From positions 50,530,001 to 50,594,000 of the forward strand of contig OZ286462.1 of NCBI GenBank assembly GCA_965644265.1: a stretch of DNA of 64,000 nt, in the 5' to 3' direction. Numbering within the stretch: position 1 is the stretch's first letter; every line of letters begins with the position of its first letter. The stretch comes from Glycera tridactyla. Lineage: Eukaryota. The translations under genes were made by a program, and so were the position numbers. A model generated the notes under the pieces. That model was not told the origin of the DNA, did not search any database, and was given only the letters and a program-made list of their open reading frames with translations. Positions 1-9,683 of the stretch are shown in pieces.

Positions 1-16
1 GATCTCGTCAGGTGAA

Positions 17-2065
17 ATGGAGGGCGATAATCAAGCCACCCCTGCTCCATCAAGAAAGGACATTGCTGCGCGAAATTTCTCGGCGTTATCCCCAGATACA
101 GACACAGAAGACATGGAGGATAAGAAACGAAAGCAAGATGAATATACGCCAATTCGTGAATGTGGGAGGGTTTCTGATAGTATCGCGGAGGGTGAAACGT
201 CACCAGAAGGTATAGTAACCTCCACTCAAACTAATATACTGTCCCATCAAGATGACCAAGCAACCAACAGCCATTTTGAATCATTGGATTCTCTTGATAT
301 AGTAGACAGGTCTGACCTTACTACGAGCGGTCTGTCTGCTATATATGAAAGTGTCAACGGTGAGGATTCGACCAATCAAGAAAGCGTGGAATCGATTTCG
401 GGGAATATTGACATACCAGTTGAGCAGTCATCTGCGACCGAACTTAACCCACCACGCTGTTCGACGGATAGCCTCAATAGATCCGTAATGACGACAACAT
501 TAGATGAAATGCAGGCACCATATAACCATCAATCTGATCCAATGATAACACATGCCAGTGTATATAAGGTGATGGATGGTACTGAACTGGGTGGTAATGA
601 AATGGATGCTAAAAAATATACTGCGCCAGAAATGTTACGTTCATCCGAAGTTCAACAAGATGATACCAAAAATCTGACCACGCGTCATACACTTGAGAAA
701 CTAATTGATGACAAAATTAAAATGGCTATGGCATCGAACATAAGTCATATAGGAATTGACGAAAGTGAGATTGATAGAGTAGTCTCTGAGAAGATGCATG
801 CATTTGCAAAGCAATATGTAGACTCGAGTATTACGCGAGGCTTAGAACAATCAAAAAGAACATGGCGAAGGGATATGGAGCAGTATGTAGAAGCATCCGT
901 AGAAGACAGCACCAGAGTATGCAAGAGGGATATACTGCTATTACATCAGCGACTAGCTACAAGTGTACAAGCACAACAAGAGCAGATAAAGAATATTGAT
1001 GCTGAACTGAAATTGTTATCACAGGAAGTTGAAAAAGAGCTGGAATCGTTAAAAAATCATGTTGGCAATCAGAATGGTGGTTCTTGCATACACGCAGATG
1101 TACTGGAGGATATTAAAGAGGCACTGGGTCAAATTACCTGTCTTGTGGGAGAGCATCATGAGCGAATTGATAAAACTGAATTTGATGTGGATCAACTGCA
1201 AAAATTGGAAAGATTGAGTGTGGTGGTGCTAGATGGTTTACCTGTGGATAGGGATTTGGCCCTACATGAGCAAGTTTTAAGGCTGTTGAACATGAAAACA
1301 TCCCTGAAGTTGAATCAATCTGACATATGCCAAGTCATACGTTTTGGGCCGGTAAGGGAAAATAGACCTAGATCAGTTAGAATGAAATTATGTAACCCTG
1401 ATCTTAGAAGACAACTCCTGAAACAAAAGGGGAAACTGAGGGGCACAGATTACTACCTTAGGGAATCCTTGACACCCTGGGAAAGTGATCTATTCCATGA
1501 TGCCAAGGATGCCCAAAAAGAGGGACTGATAAGCCATGTGTGGACCCAGGATGGTAGGGTCTTTGTGTCACATGGAAGAGAGAAACCAAAATTCCTTCTA
1601 AGTAACCAAAAATCATTAGAGGATGCAATAACTAAAGCAGGAAAATATAGACCAACCCCTCTTAGTTCGAGTGTGGTAGAAACTGGTGGGCCTCTAAATA
1701 TATCAGGGGATCAGATGGTTCAGAATGGAAAGAAATCCAAGGAGACTTTCCCCCCTGCATCATTTCGTGAAATGCCAGCTAGGGAGGAGACTACTGCACG
1801 AACAGAGGAAATTCATACTGTTACAGAAAATCACTCTGGAATTGCACAAAAATTACAAGATGTCCGAAAAGAGATAGAAAACAAGGAAAGATCAATCATG
1901 GAGCAATGGCAAAGTAATCGTGAGACTAAATCAACTTATGTGCCCAAAATCAAAGATTTCCCATTGTTTAATATGAATCGAACAGTACCGGTTGGAACCA
2001 CCGATCCGACTGCGCGGGATAATAGTAGAAGACGGAATCGAACCGGCCGCGGGAACCGGAAATAA
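17..2065 (+). CDS. LINE ORF1p-like protein (682 aa): acidic disordered N-terminus, coiled coil, RRM + CTD, basic tail
   Basis: Heptad-rich segment (QQEQIKNIDAELKLLSQEVEKELESLK), then VVLDGLP...ICQVIRFG...RPRSVRMKL...LRGTDYYLRESLTP...VWTQDGRVFV, matching the RRM/CTD type of LINE ORF1. Arg-rich C-terminus. The frame is open to the window edge, so the true start may be upstream. Confidence 0.85.
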   Translation: MEGDNQATPAPSRKDIAARNFSALSPDTDTEDMEDKKRKQDEYTPIRECGRVSDSIAEGETSPEGIVTSTQTNILSHQDDQATNSHFESLDSLDIVDRSDLTTSGLSAIYESVNGEDSTNQESVESISGNIDIPVEQSSATELNPPRCSTDSLNRSVMTTTLDEMQAPYNHQSDPMITHASVYKVMDGTELGGNEMDAKKYTAPEMLRSSEVQQDDTKNLTTRHTLEKLIDDKIKMAMASNISHIGIDESEIDRVVSEKMHAFAKQYVDSSITRGLEQSKRTWRRDMEQYVEASVEDSTRVCKRDILLLHQRLATSVQAQQEQIKNIDAELKLLSQEVEKELESLKNHVGNQNGGSCIHADVLEDIKEALGQITCLVGEHHERIDKTEFDVDQLQKLERLSVVVLDGLPVDRDLALHEQVLRLLNMKTSLKLNQSDICQVIRFGPVRENRPRSVRMKLCNPDLRRQLLKQKGKLRGTDYYLRESLTPWESDLFHDAKDAQKEGLISHVWTQDGRVFVSHGREKPKFLLSNQKSLEDAITKAGKYRPTPLSSSVVETGGPLNISGDQMVQNGKKSKETFPPASFREMPAREETTARTEEIHTVTENHSGIAQKLQDVRKEIENKERSIMEQWQSNRETKSTYVPKIKDFPLFNMNRTVPVGTTDPTARDNSRRRNRTGRGNRK

Positions 2066-2152
2066 CTCAGCGAGCTGTATAAACACGTGTTTCGAGACAA
2101 GTCGCTTTCTCACAACTATATTCACCTAAATTTCACCTTTTGAAAGGCACGT

Positions 2153-2221
2153 ATGGCATCATATACGAATGTCATTATCGCACGACGAATTCAAGATCGT
2201 AAAGAAGGATTTAAAAACGTG
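2153..2221 (+). CDS. Putative first coding exon of the esterase gene (MASYTNVIIARRIQDRKEGFKNV)
   Basis: ATGG at 2153, 23 open codons, ending exactly at a G|GTGAGT donor (phase 0) that matches the phase-0 acceptor at 2591/2592. Inferred; no transcript evidence. Confidence 0.55.
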
Positions 2222-2591
2222 GTGAGTGCTTCCCTTACAGTATATATTGTATCGCGCACAATACAATGGATGTGGGATTCGGCATTTTGGATGTGCGAAC
2301 CGGTGTCATGATTGCCGAGTATAACGACATGGCGAATATAGGCCTAATATTTCATACATTAATATTGAAGAGGATTATATTGAGTAAAAATATACAGTAG
2401 TGATTTATTATTTTAATGTAAAATAAAAGGGCACAAAATCAGAAAAGTTTGGAAACTAAAAAGATTTTTTGAAATAAAATACTATGAATTAAACCTGATG
2501 ATAATTGAAGAGAAAATTGAGTACTTAAGTGAGAATCATGTAGATATTTCTGCTATTCTTGTCTATGAAAGTTTATAATTTTTGTTTGTAG
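2222..2591 (+). other. Putative 370-nt GT-AG intron
   Basis: Starts GTGAGT, largely AT-rich interior, ends TTTTTGTTTGTAG. The esterase frame opens right after this AG (the acceptor TAG is itself the upstream in-frame stop). Confidence 0.55.
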
Positions 2592-3479
2592 AAAACTCCT
2601 TGGCTGGCAGAAAGAATTGCAGAATGCAGAATGGGTTACATCAAAGAAACATGTCCTGTCTTTAGACGCAGACATTATATAGAAAGATATGAACCACCTG
2701 ACGTCTTGGTTACTGGAAGCAGCCATGTTTGGAGAATGGGAAAAGCTGTAAATGGAGACCTGGGTGAACATCACGATTTGAAAATGCTACTACAGAACTG
2801 GCATTTTAGAGGTATAAGTGGAGGAAAGTGGGCTACTTTTGAGCAGGAATTCCAGGGCCAGTTCCCTGATACCAGATTGGGCAGAAAGAAATACCGGCTC
2901 CACGGAAATACTCTGCAAAACATTATGGATGATGGATTAGCCCCAAATTATGTAATCCTGATCCTGGGTTCTAATGATGTAGATGGGATGAACAGAAGGG
3001 AACATACACTCAATGATAATATAAGAGACCCGAGAGTAAGAAGGAGACAATTGGATAACATTAGAAGATGTGAATATGTTAGAATCACTACAAAAATCAG
3101 ATCTACCATGTTGTTTATGAGAAAATGTTTCCCATACTCTAATTTCTATCATCTTCCAATCATGTGGAGACCTGGATGGGGGGACGAAACTAGAGCATTG
3201 GCAGTGTGGATTGATTCATTTATCAGGATGCAGTTAAACCCACCATGTACACCCGAAAGAATTAGATTCATTAATATTCACTGTCTGCTTGTGAAACAAT
3301 ACAGGACCTGTCATGATATGGATACATCACAGAAACCAAAGAAAAGGCCCTGCAGGCAAGGGGACCTACTCACAGGTGTATTTGACAAAGACAGAGTGCA
3401 TCTCAACAAATATGGAAACATAGGTCTTTGTAAATCTGTGGTCAGCCCAGTTTTGGATGAATGGTACAATAACAACTAG
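2592..3479 (+). CDS. SGNH/GDSL-family hydrolase (esterase); ATG-only ORF is 2631-3479 (282 aa), spliced form would be 318 aa
   Basis: Block I VLVTGSSHV, block II FRGISGG, block III VILILGSND and block V FDKDRVHLN (DxxH) are all present in order, so the Ser-Asp-His triad appears intact. Confidence 0.85.
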   Translation, partial: KTPWLAERIAECRMGYIKETCPVFRRRHYIERYEPPDVLVTGSSHVWRMGKAVNGDLGEHHDLKMLLQNWHFRGISGGKWATFEQEFQGQFPDTRLGRKKYRLHGNTLQNIMDDGLAPNYVILILGSNDVDGMNRREHTLNDNIRDPRVRRRQLDNIRRCEYVRITTKIRSTMLFMRKCFPYSNFYHLPIMWRPGWGDETRALAVWIDSFIRMQLNPPCTPERIRFINIHCLLVKQYRTCHDMDTSQKPKKRPCRQGDLLTGVFDKDRVHLNKYGNIGLCKSVVSPVLDEWYNNN

Positions 3480-4934
3480 GATTAAGGATTATTGGATAAA
3501 ATGAGGCAATGAAAGGAGAATTATCCAATTCAGTATTCTACCATTTTTGAAATATTATTACAACATGACCATACAGAATGAGAATCAGATTTGGGAAATA
3601 TATTCAATCAGAGGGGTGTATCAGGCCGCTACTATTGCAGAGTGCCCTAGTTATACCTCTCTTTTTGAAATAAAAACCCGGATATGCTTCTATCACTGTG
3701 AGGTTTATTTCTATGCTAGGCCTAAATCCAGGGCTTGTAAGTAAGCCTTGTACTCACAATTGATGGGGAACTCGGTTTCTGATAATGCCTGGTAATGGCC
3801 TATATCAAAACAGGGAAAGGAAATTTAAATTTAAATTTAATTGAATTGAACTCGTAACATGTTATATGCTGTAATATGGTTAACAGAATAGATCATGGTG
3901 ATGTAAACTGAGTAAGGTCAATCCAAGGTGGTGGCTACTGTTTATTGTTTATTGTTTAATTTTGATATCTGAATTACCTTGAGATTGCTCATCTCCTTAT
4001 TACTGATTTCAGAGTCCCAGTTGGTATATATAGGATAAAGACCAGTGCAAATGATATGATATAATATTACAAGAATGTAACCTGTCAAATTTATACAAAA
4101 GCTCTTCCTGTGAAATTCTTTTATTGGATAACAGTGCTGTAGGAGTACCCAGAGGAATTGTTTATGAGGATTGTCTTCTAGTTAACTGTGGATATCCAAA
4201 TTATTTTGAGACATTCTCACATCCTTATTATTGCCATCTGATTATTGCCATTTGATTTATTTTGAGACTGGTCTATAGATAATGTCGGAAGATTTTCTGT
4301 AAGAGTGCCGGAGGTAGTTTATATGAGCATTGTATTTTAGTAAATTGTGGATATCTGAAATATTCTGAATTATTTTGAGACATTTCTTAAATTTTAATTT
4401 ATTTTCAGTTATATATTTTTGATTAATTGTGTTTTGTTTAGAAGGCCTTTCCAGCTATGAAAGGCTCAAATGGCTTTAAATTAAATTAAATTCAGATGAA
4501 TATTTTTGCTTAGACGTATCCTCTAAGGTTTGGAGGTGAATTTTGAATTTTGTTAAGAGTATGGTAAATTATCCTACTATCTTATTATTCTTCTGGCTTC
4601 TTACTGTTTATTAAACCCAGAAAGTGGTGCGTATATGGATACAAGGTACTCCCTTTTTTCTTATGTCTTCTTATGATTGTGCTTACCACACTATTGGATT
4701 TTAATGATAGAAATGACAACTGAAGAAAATCATTTTAAAAAAAAAAAAAAAAAAAACAGGGAGAGAGTACTGATATGATCAGACATCAGTCATCTACTAT
4801 ACTGACAGTTTTTTTGCAATATCTTATATTATACCGCTTTCTATCTTGCAAAAAGTGTGCTAAGAAATCTTAGCAAAATCAGATTACATACTAACACTTT
4901 CATCTACTTTTCTCATTAACTAACACATCATCAT

Positions 4935-7817
4935 ATGATAGAGTCTATATTGTTTAATACATCAAAGGAATTGAAAACCTTGAAAGGCATTAAGGTTGCT
5001 TACTTAAATGTGAGGAGTGTGATAAATAAAATACATGAAATTGAATTATTATTACTACAATCAAAAATTGATGTTTTAATTTTGGGAGAAACCTTTTTAA
5101 ATCCCAGTATCTCAGATGGAAGTTTACAAGTGCCTGGGTATTATACAATCAGACTCGATCGTACAAAAGGTGGAGAGAAAAAGTCTGGAGGTGGTTTATT
5201 GGTGTATATACGATCAAACAGGGTTGTAGAACTTGTTGATGATCATACTATTTCATGCCCTGATATTGAGGGATTGTGGCTGAAGATGATACTACCAGAT
5301 ACTAGGCCCATTTTTATTGCAGGGATATATAGACCTCCATGTGGCAATCCAAAAGTGTATATAGAGTGGCTTGAAGAGAAAATAATTTCACTGGGTTTAG
5401 ATAGGATGAGTGAGCAAATAATTTTGGGAGATATTAATATTGACTTAAATAATACCAATGGTTCAAGATCCTATAAAAATGCTTTAAAGACATGCAATCT
5501 GACCCAAATCATCTCATGTGATACTAGAATTACAAAGGATACTTCTACTCTAATAGATCATATAGTTGTCAGTAATGTAAGCATGTATCATCAACATGGT
5601 GTCTTGGACATGGGTATTTCGGATCATAGTCTAATAATTACGTCTCGAAAAAAGGAGCATCAGTCTAGGCGTACTGAATTCGTATATTTTAGAGATTATA
5701 AAAGAGCAGATTATAATAAGATAAATGAAGATATTAAAAATCATGATTGGCAAGATTTTTATTCCTGTCCCGATGCAGACATGTGTGCAAGTTTATTTCA
5801 TGAAACTATAAATGACATATTGGACCGGCATGTACCTTTGAAACGTTATAAAGTCAGGGAAAATTGGCCAAAATGGTTAAATGGGGACTATCTGGACTTG
5901 GTTTCTGAGCGCCAAAAGGCAAGTAAGAATTATAGATTAAATAAATCAGAGGAAAATCTCCAATCAAAGAAAGATTTAGAAAAGAAATGTAAAAAATTAA
6001 AAACACAACTGCAACGCCAATATATAGATGACTCTTTTGTACAAAATTCAGAAAATCCTAAAAAATTATGGGAAACAATAAATCAATTTTGGGGACGATC
6101 AAATACAGGAATTGACATCCTAAGGATTGATGATACTACTGAGACAGGGGAAATTGCTCAAAAACTAAATAAATTTTTTAGCGAAATAGGAGTAAATTTG
6201 CAAAATAAAATACAGAGCGATGGCACAGACCCATTAGAGAATTTCCCTGTTACCTTAAAAAATAAGCTATCTCTCTCTGATACAAATATAGAAATTGTTA
6301 AAAGATTTATATCCAAAATAGTCATAAATAAAGCAGGGCGAGATGATGGACTACCAGGAAGAGTTCTTAAACAAACGGTGGATGTAATATCACCAATGTT
6401 GGTTTATTTATTTAATATTAGTACAAAAAATGGGGTTTTCCCAAAATTTTGGAAATCAGCTACTATTATCCCTTTATACAAGGATGGGCCTAGATCATCA
6501 GAGTCCAATTATCGACCAATTAGCTTATTAAGTGCAGTAAGCAAAATTTTCGAAAAAATAGTACATCAACAGGTCTCTACTTATTTTGAAGCACATGGTC
6601 TACTGTGTCGGGAGCAATCTGGGTTCCGGGCAGGTTGCTCCACTGGTACATGCTTGTTAGAATTTCTAGACAAGATCTATCTAAATATTGAAAATAATAC
6701 TACCAGTGGAGTGATCTTCTTGGATCTCAAAAAAGCTTTCGACACGGTGGACCATGGGATTCTTTTGAAAAAACTAGAGAAATATGGCGCAGATGATATT
6801 TGTGTGAAGTGGTTTGAGAGTTACCTGACCGAACGTGATTGTAGAGTCAAAGTGAATGGGGAGTTATCATCTGAATTGCCAGTATGTTGTGGTGTCCCAC
6901 AGGGGTCTATACTGGGTCCCTTACTATTTACAATATATGTAAATGATGTAACCAATTTTATGAAGGGACCCAGTATAAACCTCTACGCAGACGACACAGC
7001 CATCATGGTCTCTGACACTGATCCACTTATTCTACGAGAAAAATTGACAGACTCGCTCATGACAATTAGTAAATGGCTTCAAATGAATAAATTAAGTTTA
7101 AACTTAAAAAAGACCAAAGTAATGTTATTTGGTACTCGACCAAATTTGCGAAGATGTAAGTTTGACATCAGTGTCTTAGGAGACCAAGTAGAGGTTGTGT
7201 CGTCTTTTAAATATTTGGGAGTGATCTTGGATAGCTGTCTCACTTTTGCCTCACATGCAGAGTATATAAGAACGAAAACAATTGGAAGGGTGGGGGTCCT
7301 GGGCAGACTCAGGGGTGTTATTAGTAAATCAACGTCCCTGATGCTGTACAGGTCCCTCATCCTTCCTTTGTTTGATTATTGTGATATTGTGTATGACAGC
7401 TTAAATTTGAGTGATATTTCAAAATTACAGAGAGTGCAGAATAAGGCATTAAAGATAATAGCTAAGAAACCTCGCTTGACAAGCACAGATGATGTTCATT
7501 GCGAATTGAAAATGCCTCTGCTAAAAAGTCGTAGAAAGGATCATACCCTGATTCATGTTAATAAAATATTAGAAAAGAAAGTACATTCCCAATATACTCC
7601 ATTATGCTGTATTGCTGCCCCGAGTCACGGTTATCATACAAGATCCATAGATAAGCCATATCTTGAGTTACATGTTCCGCATAGAAGGTTGAGTGAGGGC
7701 TCTTTTAAATATAGAGGGCCAAAATTGTGGAATTCATATGTTGAACGATTTGAGGGTTGGAATCATTGTGAGCATGAACTATTTTTACAACAGCTACAAG
7801 CAACTGAGCCAATCTAA
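4935..7817 (+). CDS. LINE ORF2p: APE endonuclease + reverse transcriptase (960 aa), intact
   Basis: APE motifs YLNVRS, LGETFL, GDINID, IDHI, SDHS. RT motifs NYRPISLL, FLDLKKAFDTVDH, GVPQGSILGPLLF, LYADDT, FKYLGV. CR1-type C-terminus HGYHTRS...SFKYRGPKLWNS. Confidence 0.97.
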   Translation: MIESILFNTSKELKTLKGIKVAYLNVRSVINKIHEIELLLLQSKIDVLILGETFLNPSISDGSLQVPGYYTIRLDRTKGGEKKSGGGLLVYIRSNRVVELVDDHTISCPDIEGLWLKMILPDTRPIFIAGIYRPPCGNPKVYIEWLEEKIISLGLDRMSEQIILGDINIDLNNTNGSRSYKNALKTCNLTQIISCDTRITKDTSTLIDHIVVSNVSMYHQHGVLDMGISDHSLIITSRKKEHQSRRTEFVYFRDYKRADYNKINEDIKNHDWQDFYSCPDADMCASLFHETINDILDRHVPLKRYKVRENWPKWLNGDYLDLVSERQKASKNYRLNKSEENLQSKKDLEKKCKKLKTQLQRQYIDDSFVQNSENPKKLWETINQFWGRSNTGIDILRIDDTTETGEIAQKLNKFFSEIGVNLQNKIQSDGTDPLENFPVTLKNKLSLSDTNIEIVKRFISKIVINKAGRDDGLPGRVLKQTVDVISPMLVYLFNISTKNGVFPKFWKSATIIPLYKDGPRSSESNYRPISLLSAVSKIFEKIVHQQVSTYFEAHGLLCREQSGFRAGCSTGTCLLEFLDKIYLNIENNTTSGVIFLDLKKAFDTVDHGILLKKLEKYGADDICVKWFESYLTERDCRVKVNGELSSELPVCCGVPQGSILGPLLFTIYVNDVTNFMKGPSINLYADDTAIMVSDTDPLILREKLTDSLMTISKWLQMNKLSLNLKKTKVMLFGTRPNLRRCKFDISVLGDQVEVVSSFKYLGVILDSCLTFASHAEYIRTKTIGRVGVLGRLRGVISKSTSLMLYRSLILPLFDYCDIVYDSLNLSDISKLQRVQNKALKIIAKKPRLTSTDDVHCELKMPLLKSRRKDHTLIHVNKILEKKVHSQYTPLCCIAAPSHGYHTRSIDKPYLELHVPHRRLSEGSFKYRGPKLWNSYVERFEGWNHCEHELFLQQLQATEPI

Positions 7818-7960
7818 ATGACAACAATGTATTGAGTACTATTCATATTTTTATTTACATAATTGTACAATCATGGATTAATACTAAACACATCATTCAT
7901 CCTCTCTACTAACCTTTCTTCGACTGCTATCATTATCATAGAAATTGTTATAGGTGGAAA

Positions 7961-8050
7961 AGTATTTTTCGTCCTCATGGAAAAGCCCCAGGTTGTTTGG
8001 GGTAACTTGCTGTTTGACGAATCAAAATAAAGTCATATCTATCTATCTAT
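7961..8050 (+). other. LINE 3' terminus: stem-loop, AATAAA and (TATC)n tail
   Basis: GCCCCA-ggttgtt-TGGGGT hairpin (7985-8003), AATAAA 8026-8031, tandem TATC repeats. Confidence 0.75.
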
Positions 8051-8543
8051 AGCTGTGGCTGCTTTACTGTTCATTTGGAAATCGATTGTGAATACATTAA
8101 CTCAATCCCAAAAATGATTTGCACATCTACCACGGGACATTCTGTCTTATGTTTTGTCATGTTTTCTCCCACAACTGTGCATTTTTATCATTTCCTATGG
8201 CTGTTGGCCCATTTGTTTCCAGGAAATTATTCTGGGCACCATACTGCAGTTTTGTTCCATTTCTTCTCACATGATTTGTGAAGCTCATGAGACTAAAACT
8301 CTTGTCCAAGACATTTGTCCCAATAATAACTTTTCCTTTGTTGTGTCGATCCATGGAATATGAGAGAAGTTGCACTTTCATGTGCTGAAATATTCAGAGC
8401 CTGCATATAATTATGAGTGGAGTATGAGTGCTCTTTTTGTTATGCATCGATAGGTGGTTTCCAATGGTTCCATTGGAAAGCTTAGCAGATGTGATTGTTT
8501 TGACATATCCTCAGAACTCTATGTTTTATATGTTGGAAACAAA

Positions 8544-8704
8544 CATTTCATGCTGATTGTTTTGGCTTTTGGATTATGAAAATCAGACCAGAATTAGTGG
8601 AGATAGAGCATGAAGTTGGTATTGAGGTATGATAGCCGTTAGGCAGCATTTCTTTAGGGTTTCTATCCACCTCCGGCAGGTTTTGAGAGGTTTCTGTTGT
8701 GAGA
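8544..8704 (+). repeat. Dispersed repeat, probably a DNA-transposon fragment; second copy at 57584-57765
   Basis: Shared CATTT(C/T)ATGCTGATT..TTTTGG..TTT.GAT.ATGAAAATCAGACCAG..T.AGTGGAGATAGA and CACCTCCGG.CAGGTTTT..G. Confidence 0.6.
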
Positions 8705-9683
8705 AAATACCTGTAGTTTTATACCATTATAATGTATTGTCAATATCACCCATGAGATCTGTCCACCAGCTTCACACAGATCTGGCCAATCCTGGTCACA
8801 ATCAAAACAAATCGTTGGAAAATCATTCAAACCATGAACATTCGCTTCATTTCCTCAAAAGAAGGCTGATTTATATGAGATTATTATTTTTATGTCTGCC
8901 ATCTTTGACAAAACTTGAGCCTTCCATCTTGTGTCTGCAGTGATTGAGGCTAGAGTGTGACCCCATCATCCGGGCCATACACTGCGCAGAAGATTCACTA
9001 ACCAACCTATATAAAAACACATTATGCTATGGAAAATGCATTCAATTTTTTCAAACAATATTTTCTGGCTCAGTTGACTTTTTTGGAATCCAGTCGATAA
9101 TAAATGTTACCCTATACATCCAAGTACCACAGTTGGTGGGTTAAAGTGGAACTGGGGAAACTGGAATTTTTAAGGGTTGAGGAGAGCAGAGGTGTTATTA
9201 GTAGCCAAGCCCCTCAGGAAAACACACACTGACCCTGATGTGAATGAGTGCTTCCATACCAGAACTGATGTGATTATAACTCAAAATATCACGGCCAAGT
9301 AAAACATTTAGTATCTGCCAGCCTACCAACTGCGATGTGGTTATGTGTTGGTGGTTGCTCCTGCTCGAGGGAGACTTCCCCCACAGGCTTACTGCTTACA
9401 CTATGGCCACCACCACCAACAGCACAGCCACCACCCCCAGCATCTCTTGGTCCAATGTGATTACACGACATGATTGTTTAGGTTGGAGGCCGTTAGTATA
9501 ACTGCTGCTGACAATACGCACTGTTTATAAGTCATTCACCAGCCTTACTCTACATTCCCAGGATTGATTTGCTTGAATAGATAATAGACATTAGATAAAA
9601 GACAATTTCTTCAGAAGCATATCACCTGTCAGTCATCCTGAATGCTAATGGTGAACTGCTCCAAACATCACCCTTTACACAGA

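Larger units (their letters stand above)
1..8050 (+). mobile_element. Non-LTR retrotransposon (CR1/L2 group), apparently intact, three coding units; 5' end lies outside the window
   Basis: Co-oriented ORF1-like (17-2065), SGNH ORF (2631-3479) and APE-RT ORF (4935-7817). 3' UTR ends in AATAAA (8026-8031) plus a (TATC)n tail (8036-8050). Assigning all three ORFs to one element is inferred from co-orientation and order. Confidence 0.85.

Noticed and set aside
3547-3744. 65-aa ORF after the esterase as a fourth LINE gene
   Set aside because: Short, no recognisable motif, and its donor-like site (AA|GTAAGC) is out of phase with the candidate ORF2 acceptors. Cannot be supported without conservation data.
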